Of a DNA stretch of 64,000 nucleotides, positions 22,252 to 31,407 are shown one piece after another. The stretch lies in NCBI GenBank assembly GCA_963739455.1, contig CAVUAK010000003.1:96001-160000 (forward strand), given 5' to 3'. This DNA comes from an uncultured Gemmatimonadales bacterium. Its GTDB lineage: Bacteria > Gemmatimonadota > Gemmatimonadetes > Gemmatimonadales > GWC2-71-9. Position numbers and translations under genes: made by a program. The notes beneath the pieces were generated by a model that saw only the letters and a program-made list of their open reading frames with translations, was not told where the DNA came from and did no database searches. Position 1 is the first letter of the stretch; every line of letters starts with the position of its first letter.

Positions 22252-22432
22252 AGATAGCGCATGAAGTTTTCTCCATGTTGAGGGGCAGTGAATCGTGGTG
22301 ATCGGCATCACACACATGTTTTGTCCCAAGCCTTGCGCATTATCCGATAGCGCGTAGGTTCGTTGCAGCAGGAAGACATAGGCTGTGTAAGCAGCCACCC
22401 TTGATGGGCAAGCGAAGGCGGCTTGTCAGTTG

Positions 22433-22481
22433 AAGGCGCACCGCGGGTCAGCTCCACGACCCCGTGCGCCTTTTGTGTTTT
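22433..22481 (+). terminator. Intrinsic terminator upstream of the small membrane protein gene
   Basis: Outer stem AAGGCGCAC/GTGCGCCTT, inner stem GGGTC/GACCC, followed by TTTTGTGTTTT. Confidence 0.7.
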
Positions 22482-22507
22482 CTGGAACTTGAACCAAGGA
22501 GTCACGA

Positions 22508-22657
22508 ATGCTGGAAACGATTGCCGTAGTCCTGGTGCTGCTGTGGGCGCTCGGCCTGGTCGGTGGATACGCCCTCGGCGGATTCATCCATGTGCTGCTC
22601 GTGCTGGCGCTGGTGGTGGTGATCGTGCGCGTGATCCAGGGTCGGAAGGTTATTTGA
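22508..22657 (+). CDS. lmo0937-family (DUF5670-like) 49-aa membrane protein
   Basis: MLETIAVVLVLLWALGLVGGYALGGFIHVLLVLALVVVIVRVIQGRKVI*, with RBS AAGGAG. Below the ORF-track size cutoff. Confidence 0.88.
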   Translation: MLETIAVVLVLLWALGLVGGYALGGFIHVLLVLALVVVIVRVIQGRKVI

Positions 22658-22682
22658 CACGTCGGATAGAATGGAGCGTTCC

Positions 22683-23282
22683 ATGACTGCCATTGCATTG
22701 ACGAGTGAGGCCGTGGAGACGAACGAACTGGTGGCCCGTCACCTGTCTGGTGACGCGCGTGCCTTCGGTGAACTCGTTGGCCGCTACCACGGTCGCCTCC
22801 TGAATTTCACGCATCGCATGATCGGTGACCGCGAGCGGGCGGAGGACCTGGTGCAGGAGGCGTTCATCCGGGTGTCCCGGCACCTGCACCGCTTCGATCC
22901 CAGCCGGAAGTTCTCCACCTGGGTCTACACCATCGCGTCGAACCTCGCGAAGAACGAACTCCGCAGTCATCGCCGCAGCCCGCTGGTGTTCTACCAGTCG
23001 GCACGGGCGCCGGGCGACGAAGACCACAGCCCGCTGCAGTACGAGGATGCGCGGAGCCGGCCCGATGACATGTTTGCCGGGCGGCAACTCAAGGAACTGG
23101 TGGAAGCGACGCTGGCTCGCTTGTCGCCGCAGTACCGGCAGGTGCTCATCCTGCGCGAGTTCGAGGGCAGGAGCTACGACGAGATCGCCGAGATCGTCGG
23201 CTGCAACCTTGGGGCGGTGAAGAGCAGGCTCCATCGAGCGCGTGCCTGCTTTGCCGCACTCATTGCGCCATATCTCGATTGA
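22683..23282 (+). CDS. ECF RNA polymerase sigma factor (RpoE/SigW-like)
   Basis: AEDLVQEAF, KFSTWVYTIASN, SYDEIAEIVGCNLGAVKSRLHRAR. No adjacent anti-sigma gene. Confidence 0.92.
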   Translation: MTAIALTSEAVETNELVARHLSGDARAFGELVGRYHGRLLNFTHRMIGDRERAEDLVQEAFIRVSRHLHRFDPSRKFSTWVYTIASNLAKNELRSHRRSPLVFYQSARAPGDEDHSPLQYEDARSRPDDMFAGRQLKELVEATLARLSPQYRQVLILREFEGRSYDEIAEIVGCNLGAVKSRLHRARACFAALIAPYLD

Positions 23283-23288
23283 CCGGTC

Positions 23289-23702
23289 CTACCACGAGGT
23301 AGTCGAGATCGTGCTGTCTGGCGGCTGGAATGACTGCAGGTAGGTTACCAGCCGCCAGATGCTTTCGGCGGGCAGGGTCCCGCCGAAAGCTGGCATCCCG
23401 CGGGCGCGACCATAGAAGATGGACATGAACAGGGCACCATCCGATCCTCCATAGCGCCAGCGCCCATCCACCAGGCTGGGCCCGACGGCGCCTACCGCAC
23501 CACCCCCATGACATCCATCGCAATTGAAGCCGCCGAACATCGCGGCGCCCTGGGTCGCCACGCCTGTGTCGCCCTTGAAGGGATTCTTGAGCGTGGCCGC
23601 AGGCGGCTGGTTTCCGGCCACGGGCACGTGCTGGTCGTACCGGATCGACGGCGGCGCGGCCTGCTGCGCCACCAGGACCGACGCATGAAAGAGCAGGATC
23701 AT
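23289..23702 (-). CDS. Monoheme c-type cytochrome (MxaG/XoxG-like partner of the PQQ dehydrogenase)
   Basis: NPF..GAAMFGGFNCDGCHGGGAVG..GPSL.DGRWRYGG..GMPAFG, directly downstream of the PQQ-ADH. Confidence 0.82.
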   Translation of the reverse strand: MILLFHASVLVAQQAAPPSIRYDQHVPVAGNQPPAATLKNPFKGDTGVATQGAAMFGGFNCDGCHGGGAVGAVGPSLVDGRWRYGGSDGALFMSIFYGRARGMPAFGGTLPAESIWRLVTYLQSFQPPDSTISTTSW

Positions 23703-23703
23703 G

Positions 23704-23743
23704 CTGACGACTGACTGACGACCGACGACTGACGACTGCCTGA
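23704..23743. repeat. Degenerate tandem heptamer (CTGACGA)n between the PQQ-ADH and cytochrome genes
   Basis: Direct read: ctgacga ctga ctgacga ccgacga ctgacga ctgcctga. Confidence 0.85.
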
Positions 23744-25526
23744 TCAATCCAGGCCAAAGACCCATACAATGCCTCCTTGGCTGGTATGCCGCGCAATGTC
23801 GGGCATGAAGCTCGCCGGTGGCCGGACATCGGCAGGATCATCGGAGCGGACATCACCGGACAGCAGGAACCAGTCGCCGCCGAACCCGGCGTACACCGCG
23901 ACGTACTGCTTTCCGTCTGGCCCGCGAAAGCTGATCGGGTTCCCGATTACGCCCGAGCCCACCTTGAACTTCCACAGCACCGTGCCGTTCTTCGCGTCGA
24001 CTGCCTTGAACCAGCCGTCGAGCGTGCCGTAGAACACCACGCCACCCGCCGTCGCGAGCACGCCGCTCCACACCGGGTACGGTTCCTTGATCTCCCACGC
24101 GCGCGCCGACTTCACCGGATCCCAGGCGATGAACGCGCCGAGGTTGCCGCCCGGGCCGACGTTGTACGGCGCGCCCGCACTCAGGTACGGCGTCCCCGCC
24201 ATGTACGACGCATGGAACGATGTGTAGTCCATGCACATGTTGCTCGTGGAGAGGTAGAACAGCTGCGTCGCCGGTGACCAGGCCGCGGGCTGCTGGTTCT
24301 TGCCGCCCTCGAGAGAGGGACAGATGTCCTTCACGGTGCCACGCGATGCACCGGTGAGCTTGGTCGAGTCCACCTCGGGACGTCCGCTGGCGAGGTCGAT
24401 GCGCCTGGCCCAGTTGGCCGGCACGTACGGCTCCGCCGAGAGCAGCTCGCCGGTGGCGCGGTCGAGCGTGTACGCGAAACCGTTCTTGTCGAAGTGAACC
24501 AGCACCTTCCGCTTCACGCCCTTGAGCGTGAGCTCGGTGAGGATCATCTCCTGCGTCGAGTCGAAGTCCCAGTTGTCGGCCGGCGTGAACTGGTAGGCCC
24601 AGCGGAGTGAGCCGTCGCCCGGGTTGCGCGCGAGTACGCTGGTGGACCAGCGATTGTCACCCGGACGCTGTTCGGTGTTCCAGGGACCGGGATTGCCGGT
24701 GCCGTAGTACACCAGGTCGAGTTCGGGATCGTAAGAGAGCCATCCCCACACCGGGGCGCCGCCGTGCTTCCATCCGTCCGCGGGCCAGCTGGTGAGCGCG
24801 AGTTCCTGGTCCTTCTGGTAGAACGGCTTGAACGTGGCTGGCGATGCCAGCACCTCGGCGTCCGGCCCGATGCTGTATCCCGTCCACACGATCGCCCCGG
24901 TCTTGAGGTCGAGGCCCTTCACCCAGCCACGCACGCCCATCTCCCCGCCGGCGTTGCCTACGATGACCCGGTCCTTCACCACCAGCGGCGCCATCGGCGT
25001 CGTTTCGCCGGCGTCGAGGTCGGCGATCTTCGTCTTCCAGAGCTCACGACCGGTCGCGGTGTCGACCGCAACCGTATGGCCGTCGAGCAGGTTGAACACG
25101 ATCTTGCCGTCCGCGTAGGCCGCGCCGCGGTTCACGATGTCGCAGCAGGAAATGCCGATCGCCTGCGGGTCGACGTAGGGGCGGTACTTCCAGCGGAGCG
25201 GATAGCCCTCCTTCGTCAGGTCGAAGGCGTAGAGCACGTTGGGGTACGGCGTCACCACGTACATGGTGGAGCCCACCACGAGCGGCTGCCCTTCGTGGCC
25301 GCCGAGCACTCCGGTGGAGAAGCTCCAGGTGGGACGGAGGTTCTTCGCGTTGGCAGCGGTGATTTGCGGCAAGGCCACTGTAGCGTGTCGCCGAGTAGTC
25401 CTTGCCCGGCATCGTCCACTGGCCATCGTCCGTGCCGGCGGCGGGCGAGCGGCCACACGCGGCAAGGGCGGTGACGAGCATGGCGAGCGGCACGGCAAGG
25501 CGATAGTGCACGGCACAGGGCGGCAT
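23744..25526 (-). CDS. PQQ-dependent dehydrogenase, methanol/ethanol family, probably lanthanide-type lipoprotein (probable indel near 25372)
   Basis: Lipobox LAAC, then W-motif repeats, vicinal CC (SCCDIVNRG), GGEMGVRG, GTGNPGPWN and DNWDFDSTQE. Confidence 0.93.
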
Positions 25527-25578
25527 CGGGTCTCCTCGGGGATCGACGATCATACGTCAGTCATTCCCGGCTTCACAA

Positions 25579-26055
25579 CTAGAGCCAGCGCCGGACGCGC
25601 CCGCGATACCCCACGTACTCGTCCCCGAAACGGCGCTCCAGGTAGGCCTCCTCCTGGAGGATCACGCCGTAGAGCATCACCAGCAGCACGATCGGGAGCA
25701 GCACGAAGAGCCAGAGGTTGTTGACCCAGCATGCCGCCGCCAGGTACCACAGCGTGAACCCGACGTACATCGGGTTCCGGCTCAGGCCGTAGATGCCCGT
25801 CGTCACCAGTTGGCTCGACGGCCGGTAGGGATTGGGACTTGTGCCGGCACGGCGAAAGGCGAACACGGCGGCGAACCCCCCCAGGCCGAGCAGGAAGAAG
25901 AGCAGGGCGAGTGGGTTGGCCCATGGTGACGGGAGCATTGCTTGCGGGAACCATCGATTGAGCAGGATCCCGACGCCAACCGCCGCCGCGTAGATCGATG
26001 GGGGCGCGATGATCACTCCAGGCACGTCACCCTTCTCCGCATTGCTGCCGGTCAT
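25579..26055 (-). CDS. Isoprenylcysteine carboxylmethyltransferase-family membrane protein
   Basis: LVTTGIYGLSRNPMYVG and EEAYLERRFGDEYVGYRGRVRRWL motifs. Confidence 0.88.
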   Translation of the reverse strand: MTGSNAEKGDVPGVIIAPPSIYAAAVGVGILLNRWFPQAMLPSPWANPLALLFFLLGLGGFAAVFAFRRAGTSPNPYRPSSQLVTTGIYGLSRNPMYVGFTLWYLAAACWVNNLWLFVLLPIVLLVMLYGVILQEEAYLERRFGDEYVGYRGRVRRWL

Positions 26056-27953
26056 CCTGCCTCGCTTGCAAGTGTTTCGAGTGTTTCCCACCGCTCAGTG
26101 AGTGCTGCAATCTCCGCCAGGACCGCTGCCAGCCGGGACTTGGCCTCTGCCACTGCCGCGCCATCGCGCAGGAAGGCGGGATCGGCCAGCGATGCATAGA
26201 GGCCCTCCCGCTCTCGCTCCCGCGCATCGATGTCGCGCGGAAGCGCCTCCAGTTCCTTCGATTCCTTGAAGCTGAGGCGACGCTTCTTCCCTGCTGGCAC
26301 CGCAGCGGGGGCCGCAATCGGTTTCGCCGTCGGGCGCCCGGGGGCATCGGCGGTGACGGGCCGCTGTCGCACCCAGTCGGTGTAGCCCCCGGCATACTCG
26401 CCCACCCGCCCGTCGCCCTCGAACACCAGCGTGCTGGTGACCACGTTGTCGAGGAACGCGCGGTCGTGGCTCACGACGAGCAGGGTCCCCGAGAATTCGA
26501 GCAGCAGCTCCTCGAGCAGGTCGAGCGTCTCGATATCGAGGTCGTTGGTCGGCTCGTCCAGCACGAGCACGTTGAAGCGGTGGGTGAAGAGCCGCGCCAG
26601 GAGCAGGCGGTTTCGCTCCCCACCCGACAGCGCGCGCACCGGCGTGCGCATCCGCTCCGGCGGAAAGAGGAAGTCCCGCAGGTAGCCGAGGACGTGCTTC
26701 CGCTCACCCCCGATGTCGACGAAGTCGGCGCCGTCCGCGATGCTGTCGAACACCGTCTGGTCGGGATCGAGCTGGTCGCGGAGCTGGTCGAAGTACGCGA
26801 TCTCGAGGCCGGTGCCCTGGCGCATGCTCCCCGTGTCCGGCGGCAGTTCGCCCAGGAGCAGGCGGAGCAGGGTGGTCTTGCCCGAGCCGTTCGGGCCGAT
26901 GAGCCCGACGCGATCACCTCGGGAAATGGTCGTCGTAAGGTTGCGCACGATGGGCCGCTCGCCTCGCGAGAAACTCACGCCGTTCGCTTCGACCACCAGC
27001 CGGCCGGTGCGCTCCGCCTCCTGCGCCTGGAGCCGCACCGTACCCACGCGGTCGCGCCGGCCGGCACGCTCCACCCGTAGCGCCTCGAGCGCCCGCACCC
27101 GCCCTTCGTTGCGCGTGCGCCGGGCCTTGATGCCGGTCCGGATCCAGATCTCTTCCCGCGCGAGCTTCTTGTCGAACAGCGCCCACTCCCGCTCCTCGAC
27201 CGCGAGCGCCGCTTCCTTCCGCTCGAGATAGGTGTCGTAGTCGCCGCCCCAGTCCACCAGCTTGCCCGCGGTCCAGGTCGACGATGCGGGTCGCGACACG
27301 CCGCAGGAAGGCGCGGTCGTGCGTCACGAACAACAGTGTCATGCCGCAGTCGATGAGGAACTCCTCCATCCACTCCACGGCCGCGATGTCGAGGTGGTTC
27401 GTCGGCTCGTCGAGCAGCAGCAGGTCGGGCTGGCTCACGAAGGCTCGGGCCAGGAGCGCCTGTCGCTTCCGCCCGCCGGACGCCGTGGCGAAGGGTGCAT
27501 CGGCGTCGAGTCCGAGGTGCAGCAGCACCGTCTCCACCTGGCTGTTGACGTGCCACGCGCCCGCGGCATCCAGCGCACTGTGCAACCGGTCGAGCTCGCG
27601 CAGCGCGGCCTCGCTCCCCTGCGCCTCCACGCGATGGCTGGCCTCGTGATAGCGCGCAAGCAGCTGGCCCGGCTCGCCCAGCCCCGCCGCGACCACGTCG
27701 AAGATGGTGCCCTCGACGTTCTCCGGAACCTCCTGCTCCAGCCGCGCGACGGTGATACCCGTCTGCCGGGCGATGCTGCCGCCGTCTGGCACCAGGGTGC
27801 CGTCGAGCAGCTTCATCAGGGTGCTCTTGCCCGCGCCGTTCCGCCCGAGGAGGCACACGCGCTCACCGCGCTCGATCGTGAAGGCTGGCGTGATCGAGCA
27901 CCGGGTGGGCCACCGAAGGCAATTGTGACGTCCTGCATTCCCAGCAAGGCCAT
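26052..27953 (-). CDS. uup: ABC-F ATPase Uup (probable indels near 27270 and 27880-27910)
   Basis: MALLGMQDVTIAFGG, GRNGAGKST, LDEPTNHLD, EEIWIRTGIKARRTRNEGRVRAL, LSGGERNRL, C-terminal RLSFKE. Confidence 0.93.
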
Positions 27954-28109
27954 GGCCGTTTCAGCTAGTGGTCACGAAGTGTGCATATCTGACACTGTCG
28001 AACTTCTTGGCATTGTCCTCACGAGGGTTAGACTCGATCCTGCATGGGAGCATAGGGCGCCCAAGAGTGTATCACGCAGTAGACGATGAAACGGAGCATG
28101 CGAACCCGG

Positions 28110-28364
28110 ATGACGGAACGGAAGTTCACCGCCGAGGATGGTCGGACATGGGTGGTACATGTTCGGCCTGAGGTGCGACGCAACGAGATTGCGACGCACG
28201 TCACACTCGAGCTGGCCACCCATAACGAGGCGCGGGTCGTCAGTTGCCGCGCCGCCGAATGGTTCGTGCCCGAGCCTGATTTCAGGTTGCTGCTGGCCCA
28301 CTCGGTTGCCGCCGGGGCGTCCCGCAGCATGGCAGCGCGCTCCGCCGACAACAGCGGAGAATAG
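28110..28364 (+). CDS. Small hypothetical protein
   Basis: MTERKFTAEDGRTWVV... fills the gap between divergent uup and the convergent SDR gene. Confidence 0.55.
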   Translation: MTERKFTAEDGRTWVVHVRPEVRRNEIATHVTLELATHNEARVVSCRAAEWFVPEPDFRLLLAHSVAAGASRSMAARSADNSGE

Positions 28365-28366
28365 CC

Positions 28367-29935
28367 CTACCAGTCGGTCGGCTTGTAGTCCTTCAGGAAC
28401 TGTCCCCACACATGCGTGCCGGTGTTGATCCCGTCGATGATCGGGTCGACGATCCGTGCCGCGCCATCCACGATGTCGAGCGGCGGATGGAACCGGTGTT
28501 CCAGCGTCTTCCGCGCCGCCAGCTCGACCGGGTCCTCGTCCGTCACCCATCCGGTATCCACCGCGTTCATGTGGATGCCGTCGCCCTGGTAGTCGGTCGC
28601 GGCGGTGCGCGTCATCATGTTGAGCGCCGCCTTCGCCATGTTCGTGTGCGGGTGGCGCGTCGTCTTCTGCCGCCGGTAGAACTGGCCCTCCACCGCCGAC
28701 ACGTTCACGATGTGCTTGTCGCGCTCCGGGGTGCGCATCATCAGCGGCTTGAGCCGCGCGTTGATGATGAACGGCGCGATCGCGTTGACCAGCTGCACCT
28801 CCATCAGCTCCACCGACGGCACCTCCGCCATCAGCAGCCGCCAGGAGTTGCGCCCGCGCAGGTCCACCTGCTGCAGGTCCTGGTCGAGCCGCCCCTCCGG
28901 GAAGAGATGATCCTGCAGCGTGTGTTCCTCGGGAAGCAGTGGCACCTGCGAGAGCGCCGCAGCATGGCTCAGCCCCAGGGCACCGGCAATGCGACGATCG
29001 GGGCCCACATTCGCCACGTCGCCCTCCGGTAGCAGGTTGACGCCGCGCCAGCCCTCGTACGCGCCCAGCAGCCGGCGCGCCGGTTCCGGCAGTTGCCCCG
29101 CCGAAGCGGTCTCCAGCGCCATCATGTGTCGGTAGAACTCGGGAGGGCGCCGCACCGTCTGGCAGGCATTGTTGATGATGAAGTCGAGGCGGTCCCGTTC
29201 GGCCAGCAGCTGGCGACAGAACGCCTCGACGCTCGGCGTGTGGCGCAGGTCGAGCCCGAAGATCTCGAGCCGGTCGCCCCACTCCGCGAAGTCGGGCTCG
29301 GCGGCGTAGCGCATCGCCGAGTCGCGCGGGAAGCGCGTGGTGACGAGCAGGTGCGCACCGGCACGCAGCAGCTTGATTCCTGCCTGGTACCCGATCTTCA
29401 CCCGGCCGCCGGTCAGCAGGGCCACTCGACCGCGGAGGTCCGCGGTCTCGGTGCGCTTGAAGAAGTTGAACTCGGCGCAGGTGGGGCAGAGCTGGTCGTA
29501 GAACGGGTGGATCGCCGTGTAGTGCTGCTTGCAGACGTAGCAACACTGCGGCACCACCGCTTCGCGGAAGTCGGGATCCTCCTCCACATCTTCCTGGGAG
29601 AAGCCTGGTGGCGGGAACACGTTCGGCGTGGTGAAGACGGTCTGCTTCCGCAGCTGGCGGATGCCGGTCTCGTTGAGCTCCGACTCGTCCCGCTTCACCC
29701 GCTCCGCCTTCCGGAGGCGGATGGTGGCCTTAACCAGCTTGCGCCGCGCCTTGGCGTCGGGGCTGTACACGTGCGCGGTGGCGTCGAGGAAGCGGCGCCG
29801 GTCGTCAGCGGATACCTCGGCCAGGAGGCCGCGGTTGGCGGCGACCAGCTCCAGGAAATCAGTGGCGGCGCGCAGCCGTTCAGTCAGGTCGGCGCCCTCG
29901 AGGCCGTCCGTGGCTGCGTTCTCTGGGGTCAGCAT
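28367..29935 (-). CDS. Atypical SDR-family oxidoreductase with an N-terminal extension and Cys4 motif
   Basis: LLTGGRVKIG, LDFIINNA, HIVNVSAVEG, HPHTNMAKAALNM, VDTGWV. Also CYVC..CPTC. Confidence 0.85.
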   Translation of the reverse strand: MLTPENAATDGLEGADLTERLRAATDFLELVAANRGLLAEVSADDRRRFLDATAHVYSPDAKARRKLVKATIRLRKAERVKRDESELNETGIRQLRKQTVFTTPNVFPPPGFSQEDVEEDPDFREAVVPQCCYVCKQHYTAIHPFYDQLCPTCAEFNFFKRTETADLRGRVALLTGGRVKIGYQAGIKLLRAGAHLLVTTRFPRDSAMRYAAEPDFAEWGDRLEIFGLDLRHTPSVEAFCRQLLAERDRLDFIINNACQTVRRPPEFYRHMMALETASAGQLPEPARRLLGAYEGWRGVNLLPEGDVANVGPDRRIAGALGLSHAAALSQVPLLPEEHTLQDHLFPEGRLDQDLQQVDLRGRNSWRLLMAEVPSVELMEVQLVNAIAPFIINARLKPLMMRTPERDKHIVNVSAVEGQFYRRQKTTRHPHTNMAKAALNMMTRTAATDYQGDGIHMNAVDTGWVTDEDPVELAARKTLEHRFHPPLDIVDGAARIVDPIIDGINTGTHVWGQFLKDYKPTDW

Positions 29936-29996
29936 GGGGCAAGCCTAATGCGGTCCCTCATGCGCGGGAAGCCAGCGCCGCGCCGGCCCCGTCAGG

Positions 29997-30395
29997 TCAG
30001 GTCGAGGTGTCCGATCCCGCCCGCTTCCGCTGTACCAGCCAGTGTACCAGCCCCCCGATGGCGCCGACCAGCACGCCCAGTGGTCCAGTGATGAGGATGC
30101 CGAGAAGTGGTCCCTGGTTGGCGCCGGGGGCGAATACCATCGGCCCGAAGAAACCGCCGACGAATCCAATGGCGCCGATGACCAGCGCCCAGTAACCGAC
30201 ACTCCGTGTCAGGGAGCTGTCGACCGTGGCGGTCCGCGTCCAGGCATACCAGCCTGCAGCCATGGCGGCGGCATACGAGATGACCGCGGCAACGCCCCAC
30301 GGGATGTGGACCAGCGCGAGCGGCACCCAGTAGAAGAAGTAGAAGGTCGCGACGACCACGATCGCTGAGACGACGATCCGGAAAAGAACGGTCAT
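29997..30395 (-). CDS. Hypothetical 4-TM membrane protein
   Basis: Hydrophobic segments and the motif GFFGPMVFAPGANQGPLLGILITGPLG. Confidence 0.7.
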   Translation of the reverse strand: MTVLFRIVVSAIVVVATFYFFYWVPLALVHIPWGVAAVISYAAAMAAGWYAWTRTATVDSSLTRSVGYWALVIGAIGFVGGFFGPMVFAPGANQGPLLGILITGPLGVLVGAIGGLVHWLVQRKRAGSDTST

Positions 30396-30481
30396 GGCTG
30401 TCGTGGCCTCTCGAGGGTAGGGAAGGGCCCAGCAAGTGTACGACCGGCCTTCGCGCTTGGCCAGCTACCTGTGGCCTGGCG

Positions 30482-30847
30482 TCAGGCGCGGTCCAGGTGC
30501 CGCCGCAGCACTGAGCGCAGCACGTTCACCCGCGCGTGCCCCAGCGATGCGTCGGTCAGCATCTGCTGGCGAGGTACCTCCCGCATGAGCACTTCGAGGT
30601 CTTCCCACTGGTGCGTGGCCGGCTGCGCCCCCGCCGTGCTCGACTGCAGCCGGAGCCAGTGGTTCGCCCCATTCCATTCCAGGCGGATGCGTGCCGCCGG
30701 GCGACGGTACTCGGCCCATGCACTGCCTGTCGCCTCGGGCAGGAGCGCCTCCGCGGCCAGCGAGAATCCATGCTCCCGCAGGACCGTCTCGAGCTCCTGC
30801 CTCGCCAGCACGTAGGGCACTGCCCAGGTGCGAGAGAACATGGTCAT
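30482..30847 (-). CDS. Hypothetical protein
   Basis: Protein-like ORF filling the gap; no recognisable motif. Confidence 0.5.
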   Translation of the reverse strand: MTMFSRTWAVPYVLARQELETVLREHGFSLAAEALLPEATGSAWAEYRRPAARIRLEWNGANHWLRLQSSTAGAQPATHQWEDLEVLMREVPRQQMLTDASLGHARVNVLRSVLRRHLDRA

Positions 30848-30949
30848 CTGCAAGCCCCGCCAGCGCGCATGCAACCTCTATTGAGCCACATACGTCTGAT
30901 CTTCGCACGCATCATACCTCACGTATCCGGGCCCCCTGGGCAGGGGGTC

Positions 30950-30987
30950 TTGACGACTTACTACAGTTGTAGTATTACATGTGTAGT
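30950..30987 (+). promoter_or_regulatory. Tandem BlaI/MecI/CopY-type operators overlapping a sigma70-like promoter
   Basis: ACTACAGTTGTAGT (30960-30973) and ATTACATGTGTAGT (30974-30987), both TACA-NN-TGTA. TTGACG at 30950. Confidence 0.85.
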
Positions 30988-31005
30988 CATTAACCGGATC
31001 AATTC

Positions 31006-31407
31006 TTGGCTGACCTGCATCAACTGACCGACCTCCAGCTCGCGATCATGCGGGCGCTCTGGGCGAGGGCCACCACCGTGGCAGACATCACCGCCGCGCT
31101 GGAGCCCGGGCGCCGCCTCGCACCGACCACGGTAGCGACCCTGCTCAGGCGGCTCGAGGCCCGCGGCCTGGTGCGACACCGCACCCGCGGGCGGCAGTTC
31201 GTCTTCGAGGCGACGGTGCCGGAGCACGCGGTGCGCGACTCGATGGTGGGTGACCTGACCGACACGCTCTTTGGCGGCAACACCGCGGCGCTCGTTTCAC
31301 ACCTGCTCACCGAACACGACATTGCGCCGGGCGACCTGGCGCGCGTCAAGCAACTGATCGCGGCGCATGAAGACCGTGCGCGAAAGGGGAAGGACGATGC
31401 GCGCTGA
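31006..31407 (+). CDS. BlaI/MecI/CopY-family transcriptional repressor
   Basis: LTDLQLAIMRALW, LAPTTVATLLRRLEARGLV, LFGGNTAALVSHL. Confidence 0.93.
   Translation: MADLHQLTDLQLAIMRALWARATTVADITAALEPGRRLAPTTVATLLRRLEARGLVRHRTRGRQFVFEATVPEHAVRDSMVGDLTDTLFGGNTAALVSHLLTEHDIAPGDLARVKQLIAAHEDRARKGKDDAR

Noticed and set aside
26052..27953. uup, mgtE and other broken genes as pseudogenes or programmed frameshifts
   Set aside because: Motifs are intact, there are no nonsense codons or slippery heptamers, and the indels cluster regionally, which points to sequencing error.
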